A DNA stretch of 36,952 bases from Thraustochytrium aureum (taxonomy: Eukaryota). Where the stretch lies: contig BLSG01000297.1 in NCBI GenBank assembly GCA_012862495.1, positions 1-36,952 on the forward strand. Reading direction: 5' to 3'. Under the pieces are notes generated by a model. It was not told the DNA's origin. It made no database searches and saw only the letters and a program-made list of their open reading frames with translations. Every line of letters begins with the position of its first letter. Within the stretch, counting starts at the first letter, position 1. This document shows positions 1 through 10,640 of the stretch, piece by piece. A program made the position numbers and the translations under genes.

Positions 1-786
1 ACCCTCCCGCCGGGTCGCGCGCGGAGTGTGTGCCTCCGCCCGAGCCCTTGGCCCGTCGCCCCATCGCGCCATCGGCCAGCTCGACGCAGGCGATTGGCTG
101 GGGCTTGTCTCCCCTGGGGCTTGTCTCCCGCGACGAAGCACGCCGCCGCAGCCTTCAGCGCCAGGAGCGGCCCGCCGATGATCGATCGCGCCTCTCAGGC
201 TGAGGCTCGTGTCGTTTGGGAGGCGACAAAATCTCCTTTTCCTTCCTGAGACTCGGCCCGAGCAGATAGATCCCCATCACGCCACTCCCGAGCGGAGCCC
301 AGAGCCCAGAGCGCAGCAGAGCACGACGGCCGCCAGGCGTACCCGCAGCCAGGCAGGCAGCCCGCCAGCGAGCCAGCCCGCCAGGAGGCTTGCTCTCTAG
401 CCAGAGAGCGCCAGGTGGGTGCGCGAGCAGGGGTTTTATTGACCCTGGACAAGGCGCAGGCCGTCGCCGGGAGGCTTTGTCGGTGACGCAAGGCCTGCTC
501 GCGAAGAGGGACAAGGCGGGAAACGGCGCCCACGGCATCGCTTTCACGGCGACGCCGCGCGAGGCGTTGACTCGCACCAGAAGAGGGGCTCTGCGGAAGG
601 AAGCGCGGCTGCCGAACGAACCGACACGAGAATTTTGGCCACACCAGCCGCCGTTCAGGCGTCAGCGCGGGAGCCGGGCAGTTCGAGTGCGGCTTGCTAA
701 AACAAATCAGCTGCAGGGCCACGAGGAGGCCGTCACTCGCGTGCTCAGAGAAGCAAGGCGTTGGGCAGCCAGAACTAAGTTTCGCA

Positions 787-1903
787 ATGGCGTATCTTCA
801 GCTCCAGTCCAGCGCAGACTACAATGTCCACGAGACCTTCGAGGTCGAAACCTGCGACCACGAGGACCACACGTTTTGTGGCATCATGTTTGACGTCCAA
901 GTCAAACGCACCCTCCCCGTCGAGTATCTGGAGATTAGCGCCGTCTGGGTGCGTGGGATGCTCGGCCCGCTAACTGTGTGGACATGCCCCAACACGCACG
1001 TTGAGAATATGGGCAACAAGGCGGCCTGGAAGAGAGTTTTCAAAGGCACGAAACCCCCCAGCCCCCAAAACCTCGTCCCGCTCGAACTAGAGCACAAGAT
1101 CCGCGTCGTGCCCGGCCAGCGCATCGGCCTGTACATTCACTCCAAGAGGCAAGACGACCAGGCCATTGTCTACGACAATCAGCGACACGACACGAGCCAT
1201 GAAGACCGGCTCGTCCAGGTTTTCCCTGGCTCTGCGCACATCAGCCCCACCCCGTTTGACGCCGCTGGGTGGTGGGGTTGGGCCTGGCGACCGCACCGGG
1301 AGTTTGTCGGCAAGCTTTCGCACGGCGTGCGGTACCTGATGTGGCAGCCGCAGCGCGAGGTCCACGAGAGGTTCCCGCGCTCGTTCCAGCGGGCAGCCAA
1401 GGCATTAGTCATGTGTTCCAGCCGCGAAGAGTGCCCCCTCAACTGGGTCCCGGCCGAGATGGCCTTTTACGTCCTCAACATGTGCCCGTGGAACTGGTTT
1501 GGCGAGCTCGACGAGGACGAAGACACTGCTGTACGTACCGCGCAAGACCTCAGTAGTGGAGCGCAGACTGGAGGTATCGGGTGGCACACTGGCGACTACC
1601 GGCGACGAATTGAGGAGCAGCAGCGCCTAATGCGCCTCAATCACGGTCTCGGCGGCATGGAGGCGGACGACGACGATGAGGAGGACGACGATGAGGAGGA
1701 GGAGGGAGGAGGAGGAGGAGGACGACGAGGACTGGCTCGTTGGAGAAGACGGGCAAGAAGTGGACGAGGACGACGACGAGGACGAGGAGGATGACGAGGA
1801 TGACGAGGATGAGGAGGACGAGGGCGAGAAGGATGACGAGGAGAATAAGGGTGCGAAAGTGGAGGCCGTTGCTGTTTGCAAACATGATGGTGCGGGCGAA
1901 TAG
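787..1903 (+). CDS. Uncharacterised protein: beta-rich globular N-terminal domain, helical HxxFPxxF...LxxVP segment, long Asp/Glu tail; 1-nt frameshift near 1704
   Basis: ATG at 787 (gcaATGgcg). Protein-like composition (MAYLQLQ...CGIMFDV...WQPQREVHERFPRSF...CPWNWF). An extra G in the GAG run at 1704-1706 turns poly-E into poly-G/R; removing it continues the acidic tail to TAG at 1901-1903 (ORF 1676..1903 frame). Confidence 0.8.
1660..1845 (+). repeat. Coding GAG/GAC/GAT low-complexity tract (poly-Asp/Glu)
   Basis: Direct reading of gacgacgatgaggaggac...gaggatgacgaggag. Confidence 0.9.
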
Positions 1904-2554
1904 AGAGACAAAAGCGGTCCGTTGTCAGACAGCCCGACCTTGGCTGGCATGGCAGAGAGGCCAAGTGTGACTAGATGCTGTGCTGTGCTGCCCGCAGATC
2001 GACCAAGTCGAAGAAGCGGCCACGCTCGGGCCCTGTTCGGCCGAGCCAAACCGTACTCGAGTACTTACCTACCTACTCGTGCACCAACCCAGCTTACCGG
2101 TACTACTCATTTGCAAAATCAATGAAAACATCGTCCTCTCCATGGCCAGAAGCAAGAAAAAAAACGCGTTCGCGGACCGACCAGAGAGCCAAAGCGCTCT
2201 CGCGGCCCCGCTGCTTCCTTCCTTCCTTTGCACCCTGCTGGCCAAGCCCCGCGCCACTGCCCCTGGATCGATCGACGATCGATCAATCGATTGTCACGAA
2301 GAGCAACCGCGTCGTGTGGAAACACAGGAACAAAGCACAAAGAAAACGAAGAAAATGGGACGAACGAACGAACAAAAGAACAAGGGCAGAGGTGGAGCCA
2401 GTCGTGAGCAGGGAGGCTGGAAAATCTGCCGGGACGACAGGGACGACTTTGGCGCCCAAACCAACTTCGCGGCTCGCGCCCGCCGCGGAGCAGCGCGAGG
2501 AACCGGCCCGGTCGGACGCTTGACACGCTGAGGACGAGCCCGCTGCTCGAGAGG

Positions 2555-4458
2555 ATGGCCGACGCGGGCGAGGCAGCGCGCGGCTGGGAGGGCTGGGACG
2601 AGAGCAAAGGCGTCGCACTGCGAAAGTCGACGGCGATGCGGGAAGGCGGGCCGTCGTCCGAGAGCGCAGACGCCGCGACAGAGCGGGGCGCAAGCCCAAA
2701 CAGCTGTGGCTCCCTCAAGGTGGCTCCTGGGGCGAAGGGCGGGGCCGCCAATGGAGACTATTCGCGCATGCTCTCGCCGAATTTCAACTCGTCGCGAACC
2801 GGACAATACCCTGGGTTCGTGCTGGCCCTCCAGGTCGTCTCCTATGTGCTGCTCACTTTGCTTACGATTGGCCCTCTGTACTATTTTGAGTCCGTTTCGC
2901 TCGAGTCAGGAGAGATCAAGGTCGGCTTGTCTCTGTCAAGTAGCGGGCGTGCAACGTCGCTGCTCCGCAACTTGAACCTCGATGGGCCATGGGCGACGGC
3001 ACGGCTGGACGCGATGCTCCCGAGCTCGTTCCTGCTTGGCCCCGGCGGGGCTGACGACACGTACGACGAAGAGGCCGCGGAGGCCGAGTACTTGCTGGAA
3101 AAGAGCAAGCGGCGCGCGCGCCGCCGCGTTGCACCAACCAGCGCGCCGCCGACGCGGCGGCCGGCCACCAAGCCACCCACAAAGCCGCCAACCAAGCCGC
3201 CAACCAAGCCGCCAACCAAGCCGCCAACCAGACAGGCTGCCACAGTGGCGCGCAAGAAGCGGGCCTCCTTCAAGCCCGAATGGGTCGTCACCGAAGAAGC
3301 CTCCACGAAGGCGCTTTCCGAGCACGAGATCAAGTCGATACAGGACGGTTTCGGGGCAACAGAGCAAGTAGTGAGTGCGCCGTGGTTCCAAAGCGATTTC
3401 GCAGACAAGTTTCGCGCACGGGAGCAGCGGGTGCGCGACTCGGTCGCGCAGATGGCAGCTGAAGCCCTCTCGCAGTTGCGAGATCAAGGCATCTCGTGCG
3501 TACCCCGCGTTTGCAGCGAAAAGGTAGACTTCTTCCCTGAAGAGGAAGAAGCAGCCAAGCTCTTCTTGGTCAGCTTCCCCGGCTCAGGCAACACATGGAT
3601 GAGATCGGTGATTCAGACCGGGACCCGGCACTTCACAGGCTCCTTGTACGAAGACAAGCGCCTCGCGTTCAACCAAGGGTTTTAGCGGCGAGTTGCTCTC
3701 TCCGCAAAGACCCGCGGGTCGCGGTGGTCAAGTCCCACTTTCCCTTGTGGAAGGTGGGCCACCCGCTCAAATTCCCTCAGTTCCGCGGAGGCGTTTTGAT
3801 CGTGCGCAGCCCGCTGGATGCGATCCTGGCCGAGCTCAACCGCATCCAGTCTGGGCAGAGCCACACCGGGCTGGCGAGCGACGAGTACTTGGTTGGCGAA
3901 GGCAGGGCACGCGCACTGTCGCTCGCCAACAAGTTCAACCACTTCGTGCACTTTTGGGAGGGCCTCAACGGGGCCACCGCAAAGACGAACAAGCTGATTA
4001 TCAACGAGGGCCACGGCACGCGCGACTATCACGGGGCGCGCGTTAGGGACATGACTGACATGTTTTCTTTCGACGTTCGTCCGCAGCGGTTCGGGGAGGG
4101 CTTTCCAATGTTTACCATGTTTTACGAGGACTTTCAGCGCGACTTTCTGCGGGCCGCGGCGCACCTCTTTGCCTTCCTCAAGCTTCACCACAAGGAGGCG
4201 ACGCCGTCGGTGTACGAGTCGCTCGTGTGCGCGGTGCAGAACAAGAAGCGCTTTCTCCACACCAAGCGAAATGCCACCACGCAGCGGAACCCCTTTGTCG
4301 ACGTCGCCCACGAGTTTTGCAGTCTTTTTGAGTTCACCTGGAACGAGGACAAGTGGGGGCCGTGCAACGGCTACCTGCAGCGTGACCGTGCGGGCCAGGT
4401 CAGCACTGTGGACTCGCTAGATAGCGTGCATCTCCCAGAGCAGGTCTGCGCAACCTGA
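2555..4458 (+). CDS. Type II membrane (Golgi-type) PAPS-dependent sulfotransferase, WSCD-like catalytic domain; frameshifted at about 3680-3708
   Basis: TM segment FVLALQVVSYVLLTLLTIGPLYYF, Pro/Thr/Lys stem, and 5'-PSB motif FLVSFPGSGNTWMR followed by TGSLY. The next frame has VVKSH, LIVRSPLDAILAE (3'-PB) and FYEDF. Removing one T (3680-3683) and one A (3706-3708) gives NQGFSGELLSPQDPRVAVVKSH. Confidence 0.85.
3161..3232 (+). repeat. 12-bp coding tandem repeat (CCGCCAACCAAG) encoding PPTK, about 5-6 units
   Basis: ccggccaccaagccacccacaaagccgccaaccaagccgccaaccaagccgccaaccaagccgccaaccaga. Confidence 0.9.
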
Positions 4459-5169
4459 ACTGATGCCTCACCCCAAAGGCAGTAGAATTCTGAACTGCTG
4501 ATGTTGTTCTCCCGCGTTGTTCGTACGTCAGCTCCGTGACGCTAAACGAGACCAGGGCAGGACCCGACCAGACCCGGCAAGGGCTTCAACTGCCTGACTC
4601 GCGAATCAATGAGACCCGGGTAACGCGTGGTGGCTTGGATGTTCCTTCATTTGGTTTGCTGCAAACAAATGCACAATTGCCAGGCCAGCCTGAGCGCAGC
4701 AGCACAGCCAGAGCGCAGCAGCACAGCGTGCATGAGACAGTCAGAGCGCAGCCGTCATGCACACTCCCTCCCTCGCTCCCTCGCACGCGCTTGGCAGAAG
4801 AGCCAGACATGCACAAACTCCCAAGAAAACCCGTTCATCTCCTTCGCCCCAAACGCCGCCCCTCCCTGCACTAACCCCAGGGCTCCCGCTCAAGAGCGGG
4901 CAGCTCCAGGCCTTTTCCCTCCCATCGCGCGCACGGGCAGGCGCTCAAGAGTATCGACCCTCTCCCATCACTTTGAGAGTGGTGGAGCACAAAAGCAAGC
5001 CGCTGCTTTCGCTGTGTGCAGTGGAGGCGCTCAAGAGCCAAATAGTCCAATCCATGTGAGGGAAGGGGCACTCAAGAGATGTAAACTTGAAAGCTATGTG
5101 CAAAATGCACGCTCTGGGTGGTGGTGCGTGCCTCTTTTTTGAAGTTGTTTTTCGCTCGCGAAACGAACG

Positions 5170-5221
5170 AAAAGGAAAGAAAGGAAAGGAAAGAAAGGAA
5201 AGGAAAGGAGAGGAAAGGAAA
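5170..5221 (+). repeat. (GAAAG)n-like purine microsatellite running into an assembly gap
   Basis: aaaggaaagaaaggaaaggaaagaaaggaaaggaaaggagaggaaaggaaa, then Ns. Confidence 0.85.
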
Positions 5222-5975
5222 NNNNNNNNNNNNNNNNNNNNNNNNNNNNNNNNNNNNNNNNNNNNNNNNNNNNNNNNNNNNNNNNNNNNNNNNNNNNNNN
5301 NNNNNNNNNNNNNNNNNNNNNNNNNNNNNNNNNNNNNNNNNNNNNNNNNNNNNNNNNNNNNNNNNNNNNNNNNNNNNNNNNNNNNNNNNNNNNNNNNNNN
5401 NNNNNNNNNNNNNNNNNNNNNNNNNNNNNNNNNNNNNNNNNNNNNNNNNNNNNNNNNNNNNNNNNNNNNNNNNNNNNNNNNNNNNNNNNNNNNNNNNNNN
5501 NNNNNNNNNNNNNNNNNNNNNNNNNNNNNNNNNNNNNNNNNNNNNNNNNNNNNNNNNNNNNNNNNNNNNNNNNNNNNNNNNNNNNNNNNNNNNNNNNNNN
5601 NNNNNNNNNNNNNNNNNNNNNNNNNNNNNNNNNNNNNNNNNNNNNNNNNNNNNNNNNNNNNNNNNNNNNNNNNNNNNNNNNNNNNNNNNNNNNNNNNNNN
5701 NNNNNNNNNNNNNNNNNNNNNNNNNNNNNNNNNNNNNNNNNNNNNNNNNNNNNNNNNNNNNNNNNNNNNNNNNNNNNNNNNNNNNNNNNNNNNNNNNNNN
5801 NNNNNNNNNNNNNNNNNNNNNNNNNNNNNNNNNNNNNNNNNNNNNNNNNNNNNNNNNNNNNNNNNNNNNNNNNNNNNNNNNNNNNNNNNNNNNNNNNNNN
5901 NNNNNNNNNNNNNNNNNNNNNNNNNNNNNNNNNNNNNNNNNNNNNNNNNNNNNNNNNNNNNNNNNNNNNNNNNNN

Positions 5976-6656
5976 GACATGGAAAGGGTCCTGGGCGAGT
6001 TTTTCGCCGCCTTCTCGCCGAGCAAGAACGACCCCTCGTTCATCACCAAGACGCTTGACCGCTACAAGGCGCGCCAGCTCGCGCTCATCGAGGCGCTAGA
6101 GCTCAAGTACAACGTCACGTTCAACAGCGACGGGTCCTGGGTCTCCAACGACGGCCCTTCTTCTGAAAAGGCGCCCAGCAGCGGACCGCGTGGCGGCGAC
6201 GAGGAGGGGGCCGCCGACGACGACGATAACGAAGATGCCAACCTCGCGACCGCTCGCGCCATCGCCGCTTCGGTCGCCGCCGTCGAGTCCAGCGACAGCG
6301 AGGAGGAAAACAAGGCGGACAAGCCGCGCGCCGCCGCGCGAAGGCGCAAGCCGCGCAAGCCAGAGATCGCAGAGGCGCTCGACGCAGACGTCGACGAGAG
6401 CGGCACGCTCGACCCGGAGGTTTCCCTGCGCCAGACCCTGTCCAACTTTTACCAGGAGTTTGCGCCAGACCGCATCGAGGCTGTCGATACGATGCTCGGC
6501 CACTTCAAGGGTCGCCACAAGGCCCTCTTCACGGCGCTCCAGAACAAGTACGGTGTCCAGTTCCTGCGCAACGGCCAAGCCATCTCCTTGCACAGCGCCA
6601 CGCCGGCCCCCCGGGCGACCGCGACGCTGCCTTCGCCTGTCGATTCTTCGTCATGA
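5976..6656 (+). CDS. Uncharacterised protein (5' part probably in gap) with two copies of a ~45-aa helical FY/FF...P...KY module
   Basis: Copy 1: VLGEFFAAFSPSKNDPSFITKTLDRYKARQLALIEALELKYN. Copy 2: TLSNFYQEFAPDRIEAVDTMLGHFKGRHKALFTALQNKYG. They are separated by an acidic linker; TGA at 6654-6656. Confidence 0.75.
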   Translation, partial: DMERVLGEFFAAFSPSKNDPSFITKTLDRYKARQLALIEALELKYNVTFNSDGSWVSNDGPSSEKAPSSGPRGGDEEGAADDDDNEDANLATARAIAASVAAVESSDSEEENKADKPRAAARRRKPRKPEIAEALDADVDESGTLDPEVSLRQTLSNFYQEFAPDRIEAVDTMLGHFKGRHKALFTALQNKYGVQFLRNGQAISLHSATPAPRATATLPSPVDSSS

Positions 6657-7489
6657 CAGGCCACTGCGACCCAATTCTGACCAAAACCAACTCTAGCTAG
6701 ATGCACGTTCAACCTTTTTTCTCGCAACCGAGCCGCCGCTCGCGCCCGCAGGCCCGGCACGTTGGCGCCACGCCAACCGAGCCGCGGCTCGCGACGCTCT
6801 CGCGTCGCATTCCCCCCGGTCGCGCCGCCAGACCGTGACATCACGCCGCATCGGCCTCCAGGCAAGGCGGCCGCAGACGCCAGACCAAACAGACAGCAGA
6901 GCTAGCGATGTAACTCGTAAGCAGAACGAGTGAGCAGCAACATCCGACCCGCGGCGGCCTCATCGACATCGACCGCGGGCCGCGCAGCCCCAAGACCGCG
7001 TCGCTCCATCCCGCGCAAACAAAAAGCACCCAACGGAGCAGGGCCGGCGCGAGGCGGTCCGAGACGTCAGCCGTGCTTCGCGAGACGCCAACCGCGCCCG
7101 AGTAGAACGGCCGCTTGTCCAACGGCTCCCATGCTGGAGGCGTTGACGTGGGGGCCTTGACGTTCGTTCAACGACGTGCCAGTGGCGAGGGCTCGTCCGT
7201 GCCATGGCGAAAGCAAGCCATCGATCGTCCATCGATCGATCGATCGTGCGTCCATCGATCGTGCGTCCGTCCGTCGCCAAGTGCGGCAGCCCATCACTCT
7301 TTCGCTCGGTCGCCCGCTCGCTCGTCCGTTGGTCCGTTGGTCGTCCAGGATGGTTGCCGGGAGAGGGCGGGCGTACTTGCTGCCGTTGAACGACTGGGCG
7401 AGTGGTGGGCAGGCGGAGTGGGGGAGGTCGGTGGACGATGTTTCCCTGGGCAGCGCGTCACCTCGCGCGTTGCCCCCCTCGTTCGTGCA

Positions 7490-7524
7490 CATGCAGCATG
7501 CAGCATGCAGCATGCAGCATGCAG
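7490..7524. repeat. 7-bp tandem repeat (ATGCAGC), about 5 units
   Basis: catgcagcatgcagcatgcagcatgcagcatgcag. Confidence 0.9.
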
Positions 7525-7950
7525 TCCCGCGACGCGCGCTTGACGACCGGGAGCCGAGAAAGCGGCGCGCCTGGCGTTGCTCGCGCACTGCCGAGCGCCT
7601 GGGAGCTGAGCCGGGGCGACGCCGCGCGAAACGAGGGCGTCGAGGTGCCGGCGGTGGTGCGACGAGCTGCTTGCCGCACACGCTGGCGTCACGCACCGTC
7701 CGACAACGCGCACCGCCCGACACGCGCTCGGCCGTGCAAGACCGCCCGCGCTGTGATCGCGTCCTGCTGGTCGACGCGAGGCTGCGCAGGGCCCGAGGCC
7801 GGACAAGTACGGTTGGCGGTGGCTTCGGCGGCGGCTTGCTGTTGGCAAGCGCCGCCCACACTGCGAGCGAGTTGGCGCTGACAGGGCCGGGACCGGCTGC
7901 GCTGGCAAAGTGGGCTCGCGCTGCGCCGAGCTCTACTGGGGGCTAGAGCA

Positions 7951-10026
7951 ATGCACTTTTGTCACGAGTCCAAAGCGTTCGACGAGGCGAGGCCGGCCAA
8001 ACCGGGGGGGCTGGCTGACCACCACGCGAGGTCTACGCACTTGGCTGCAGCGGCGCAGGCTGGTTCGCGCGGCGATGAGGCCGCCCCCCAACACGAGTTC
8101 GCATTCTCGTCGCCCTCGCCAGCCCCCTTCTCGAGCGCGCGACAGACGCGGCCCGCGCCAATTGCAGTCGGCGTCCCCCCACTTATTTCGTCGCAGCTCC
8201 AGGCGGCCCCAACTGTAGCGGATCACCTCAACGTGAGCAAGGTGTACCGAGACCACATGGTAGAGCAGGTCGCGGCAACCTTGAAAAAGTCACGCCCAAA
8301 TGCACCGCCCAACATCGTGCAGCAAATCCCGGCTCTAGCGCGCAGGATTGAAGCCACCCTGTACCTCAACGCTGAAACCGTGGCAGAGTACTCGAACCGG
8401 TTCACGCTAGCGTCGCGCATGAAGGCCATCGCACTCAACTCGATGTCCCTGCGGGCGAAGCGCCAGCGCCAGACGCCCCGAAACTCGAGCTGCGACCTCG
8501 TCAAGCTCGACACCGACCACCGCAAAAGGGCAATGCTCAACCGGCGCGATTCTGGCGGAAGCCCCAAGCAGCCCTCGATCGTGGCTTGTGTCTCTATCGG
8601 TGGGGAGAAGAAGATCTCGTTCAACTTTTCCACCTCCAGCGTGAACCAGGTCAACGCCCAGCCACATGGCTGCCGCCCAGAGCTACCGCAAGACCAGCTG
8701 GGCAACTTTTACGAGGCGGACGAAGACCTCGAAGCTGACGAAGTCGTCGAAGCCGACGACGCTAGCCTCGAGGATGAAGATGATGAAGATGAAGATGATC
8801 TCTCACTCTCCGAAGGGGAAGGTGGCCAGGAGAGCTCAGACCCAGCCTGGTTCCACGCCCCCGGGACGCTGCCACAGGTGCGCCGAGCTGTGGACCGTAC
8901 CTGCGCCCGCAGCGGCGAGGCTGAATGCAGCGGCGGCGAGGAAGACGACTGCGACACGCCCATGGAAGGCCACCCCTTGTCGCGGCGAGCTTCGCTGCAA
9001 CGCATGATCAGGACCGGAACCAGGGCGCAGCGGTCCAACCGCGAAGAGAGCCAAACGCTGCGGTACATCTACCGTCTGTTCGAGAGTATTGTCTCGTTCG
9101 ATCATGCCGACGCGCGGCGTCTTGACGGCCTGGTCGCCGACCTGCGGGGCTGCGCGGCCTCCTTTGGGTCAACGCCAGAGCGCCGCCGCAAGCTCGCTGA
9201 GGCGTGCGCTCATGCCATTCTGCGCTACTCGGAGCTCGTGAACGCCCGAATGAGTAACGAGGCGCCGCCGCTCGTGGCCCTCGCGAGCGCGCCGCCTGCG
9301 ATCACGGACGTCGTTGAAGCAGCCCCGCACGCGTTGCCGGGCGCCCCAGGCGGCGAGTCCCAGGGCAGGAGCCAAGGATCCGCATCTAGGCAAAGCTACG
9401 AGGCAGTGGCCAGCGGTGCCGCAGAGGAGCAAGCCCCTGCCGACGGCGGCGGCGACTTGCAACCCGTCTCGCACATTTTCGCGATCGCTGCCGAGTTTTT
9501 TGCGCAGCGCCCTGTTGTTCCTGAGCTTCTCTCGGCACTTCTCTCTATTTTGGACCAGCCGTTCTTGGAAGATGAGACTACACTAGCGGACCGTCGCGCG
9601 CTTGGGCACGCTCTCGATCGCCTCGTCGAGGCCGACCCAGCCATTGTGTGCCCGCGCGTTGTAAATCGGCTGCTCAAGCACTGGCCGCACCACATTTCGG
9701 AGCGCCAGGTGATATTTCTGACACAGATCGAGACCTCCTTTCGTGTCTCTGACGAGGCAACTATTGCCAAATTGCTCGTCCCCGTTCTCGATTGCGTGGG
9801 TCGCACCGCTCGCCATGACAACTGGCACGTGGCTAATTCAGCAATGTCGTTGGCGGCGAAGCTCGCCGACTTCTCTCGCACCTACCTGGAGCAAGACGCC
9901 CGCGTTGCCCGGGCCCTCGCGCGCCTTGCGCAGTCGCTAACGCAGAGCTCCCAGACGCACTGGCATGCGGCTGTGCGCTCGCGCTCCTCCGCGATGGCAG
10001 CCGACATCCGCGCCCTATTTATTTAA
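7951..10026 (+). CDS. 691-aa protein with an N-terminal KIX-like (Med15/CBP-type) domain and a C-terminal divergent PP2A B56 (B') regulatory-subunit-like region
   Basis: Intact ORF. RDHMVEQVAATLKKSRPNAP...IPALARRIEATLYLNAETVAEYSNRFTLASRM matches the plant/stramenopile KIX pattern (ARRLE..LY..A....EY....TL..R). VVNRLLKHWP..ISERQVIFLTQIE...HDNWHVANSAM...SSQTHWHAAV parallels B56 (GLLKYWP..S.KEVMFL.ELE...HFQVAERAL...SK.HWN). Confidence 0.75.
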   Translation: MHFCHESKAFDEARPAKPGGLADHHARSTHLAAAAQAGSRGDEAAPQHEFAFSSPSPAPFSSARQTRPAPIAVGVPPLISSQLQAAPTVADHLNVSKVYRDHMVEQVAATLKKSRPNAPPNIVQQIPALARRIEATLYLNAETVAEYSNRFTLASRMKAIALNSMSLRAKRQRQTPRNSSCDLVKLDTDHRKRAMLNRRDSGGSPKQPSIVACVSIGGEKKISFNFSTSSVNQVNAQPHGCRPELPQDQLGNFYEADEDLEADEVVEADDASLEDEDDEDEDDLSLSEGEGGQESSDPAWFHAPGTLPQVRRAVDRTCARSGEAECSGGEEDDCDTPMEGHPLSRRASLQRMIRTGTRAQRSNREESQTLRYIYRLFESIVSFDHADARRLDGLVADLRGCAASFGSTPERRRKLAEACAHAILRYSELVNARMSNEAPPLVALASAPPAITDVVEAAPHALPGAPGGESQGRSQGSASRQSYEAVASGAAEEQAPADGGGDLQPVSHIFAIAAEFFAQRPVVPELLSALLSILDQPFLEDETTLADRRALGHALDRLVEADPAIVCPRVVNRLLKHWPHHISERQVIFLTQIETSFRVSDEATIAKLLVPVLDCVGRTARHDNWHVANSAMSLAAKLADFSRTYLEQDARVARALARLAQSLTQSSQTHWHAAVRSRSSAMAADIRALFI

Positions 10027-10640
10027 AAATTCAATCCTGGTTCAATGGTAAGTACTTTAGACTACAGTGACGAGCATGGGCGTCAAGCGCTCTTTCGGGA
10101 AAGCACGTCAACGCAACACACTCACCGCCACGCGCGGCCACCCCTGCAGGTCGCCAGCAGCTGACATCATAATTCTGGCCGCGGTTTGCATGACGCACCT
10201 TACGCTCGAGACGGGCAACCCAGGAGAATTGTATCCGTTGATGTGGCCGTTTGCAGACGCAGGGCCGCGGCATGGTGTTGCCGCAGCGAGCACAGACGGG
10301 TTGCTGACGCCGATGCAAAAGGGCATCGGTGGCGCGCGAACAGGACGGCGGAAGGTGTCGTGGCGATTGAAAGGACGTTGCCATCGGGCAGAACAGTCGG
10401 CACGAGGTTGGGCGACAAAGGCGCGAAAAGCGCACGCAACAGGTTGCCTGCCTGAGCGCTGGTGGCATCACGCAGTCCAGGGCGGCGAGTCGAAGATAGT
10501 GTCTCGTGCGGGCGTGCTGCTGACAGGCTGACCGGGCTGTCGGCTGCGTCGGGAGAGTTGTGGCCGCTAAGGAAGGGGCGCGATCGGCCGCGCCGGAAGG
10601 CGACCTCCCAGCGAGGTTAACGAGGTAGCGAGGTGAAGAG

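Noticed and set aside
1..690. Overlapping short ORFs at the window start (and similar ones at 1975-2531, 6841-7946, 10031-10675)
   Set aside because: Arg/Ala/Pro-rich translations typical of GC-rich non-coding DNA, with no domain signatures.
2061..2075. U1 snRNA-like 5' end (TACTTACCT)
   Set aside because: The match is only 9 nt within an (ACCT)n-like tract, and no U1 stem-loops or Sm site were recognised.
3674..3710. Programmed ribosomal frameshift at GGG-TTT-TAG in the sulfotransferase
   Set aside because: The family-like GFxGE continuation needs two separate +1 corrections about 25 nt apart, both in homopolymers. The other disrupted genes share no common slippery or stop signal, so sequencing error is more parsimonious.
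4868..4882. Telomere or telomerase-template-like CTAACCC
   Set aside because: Single isolated occurrence, not repeated, with no supporting structure.
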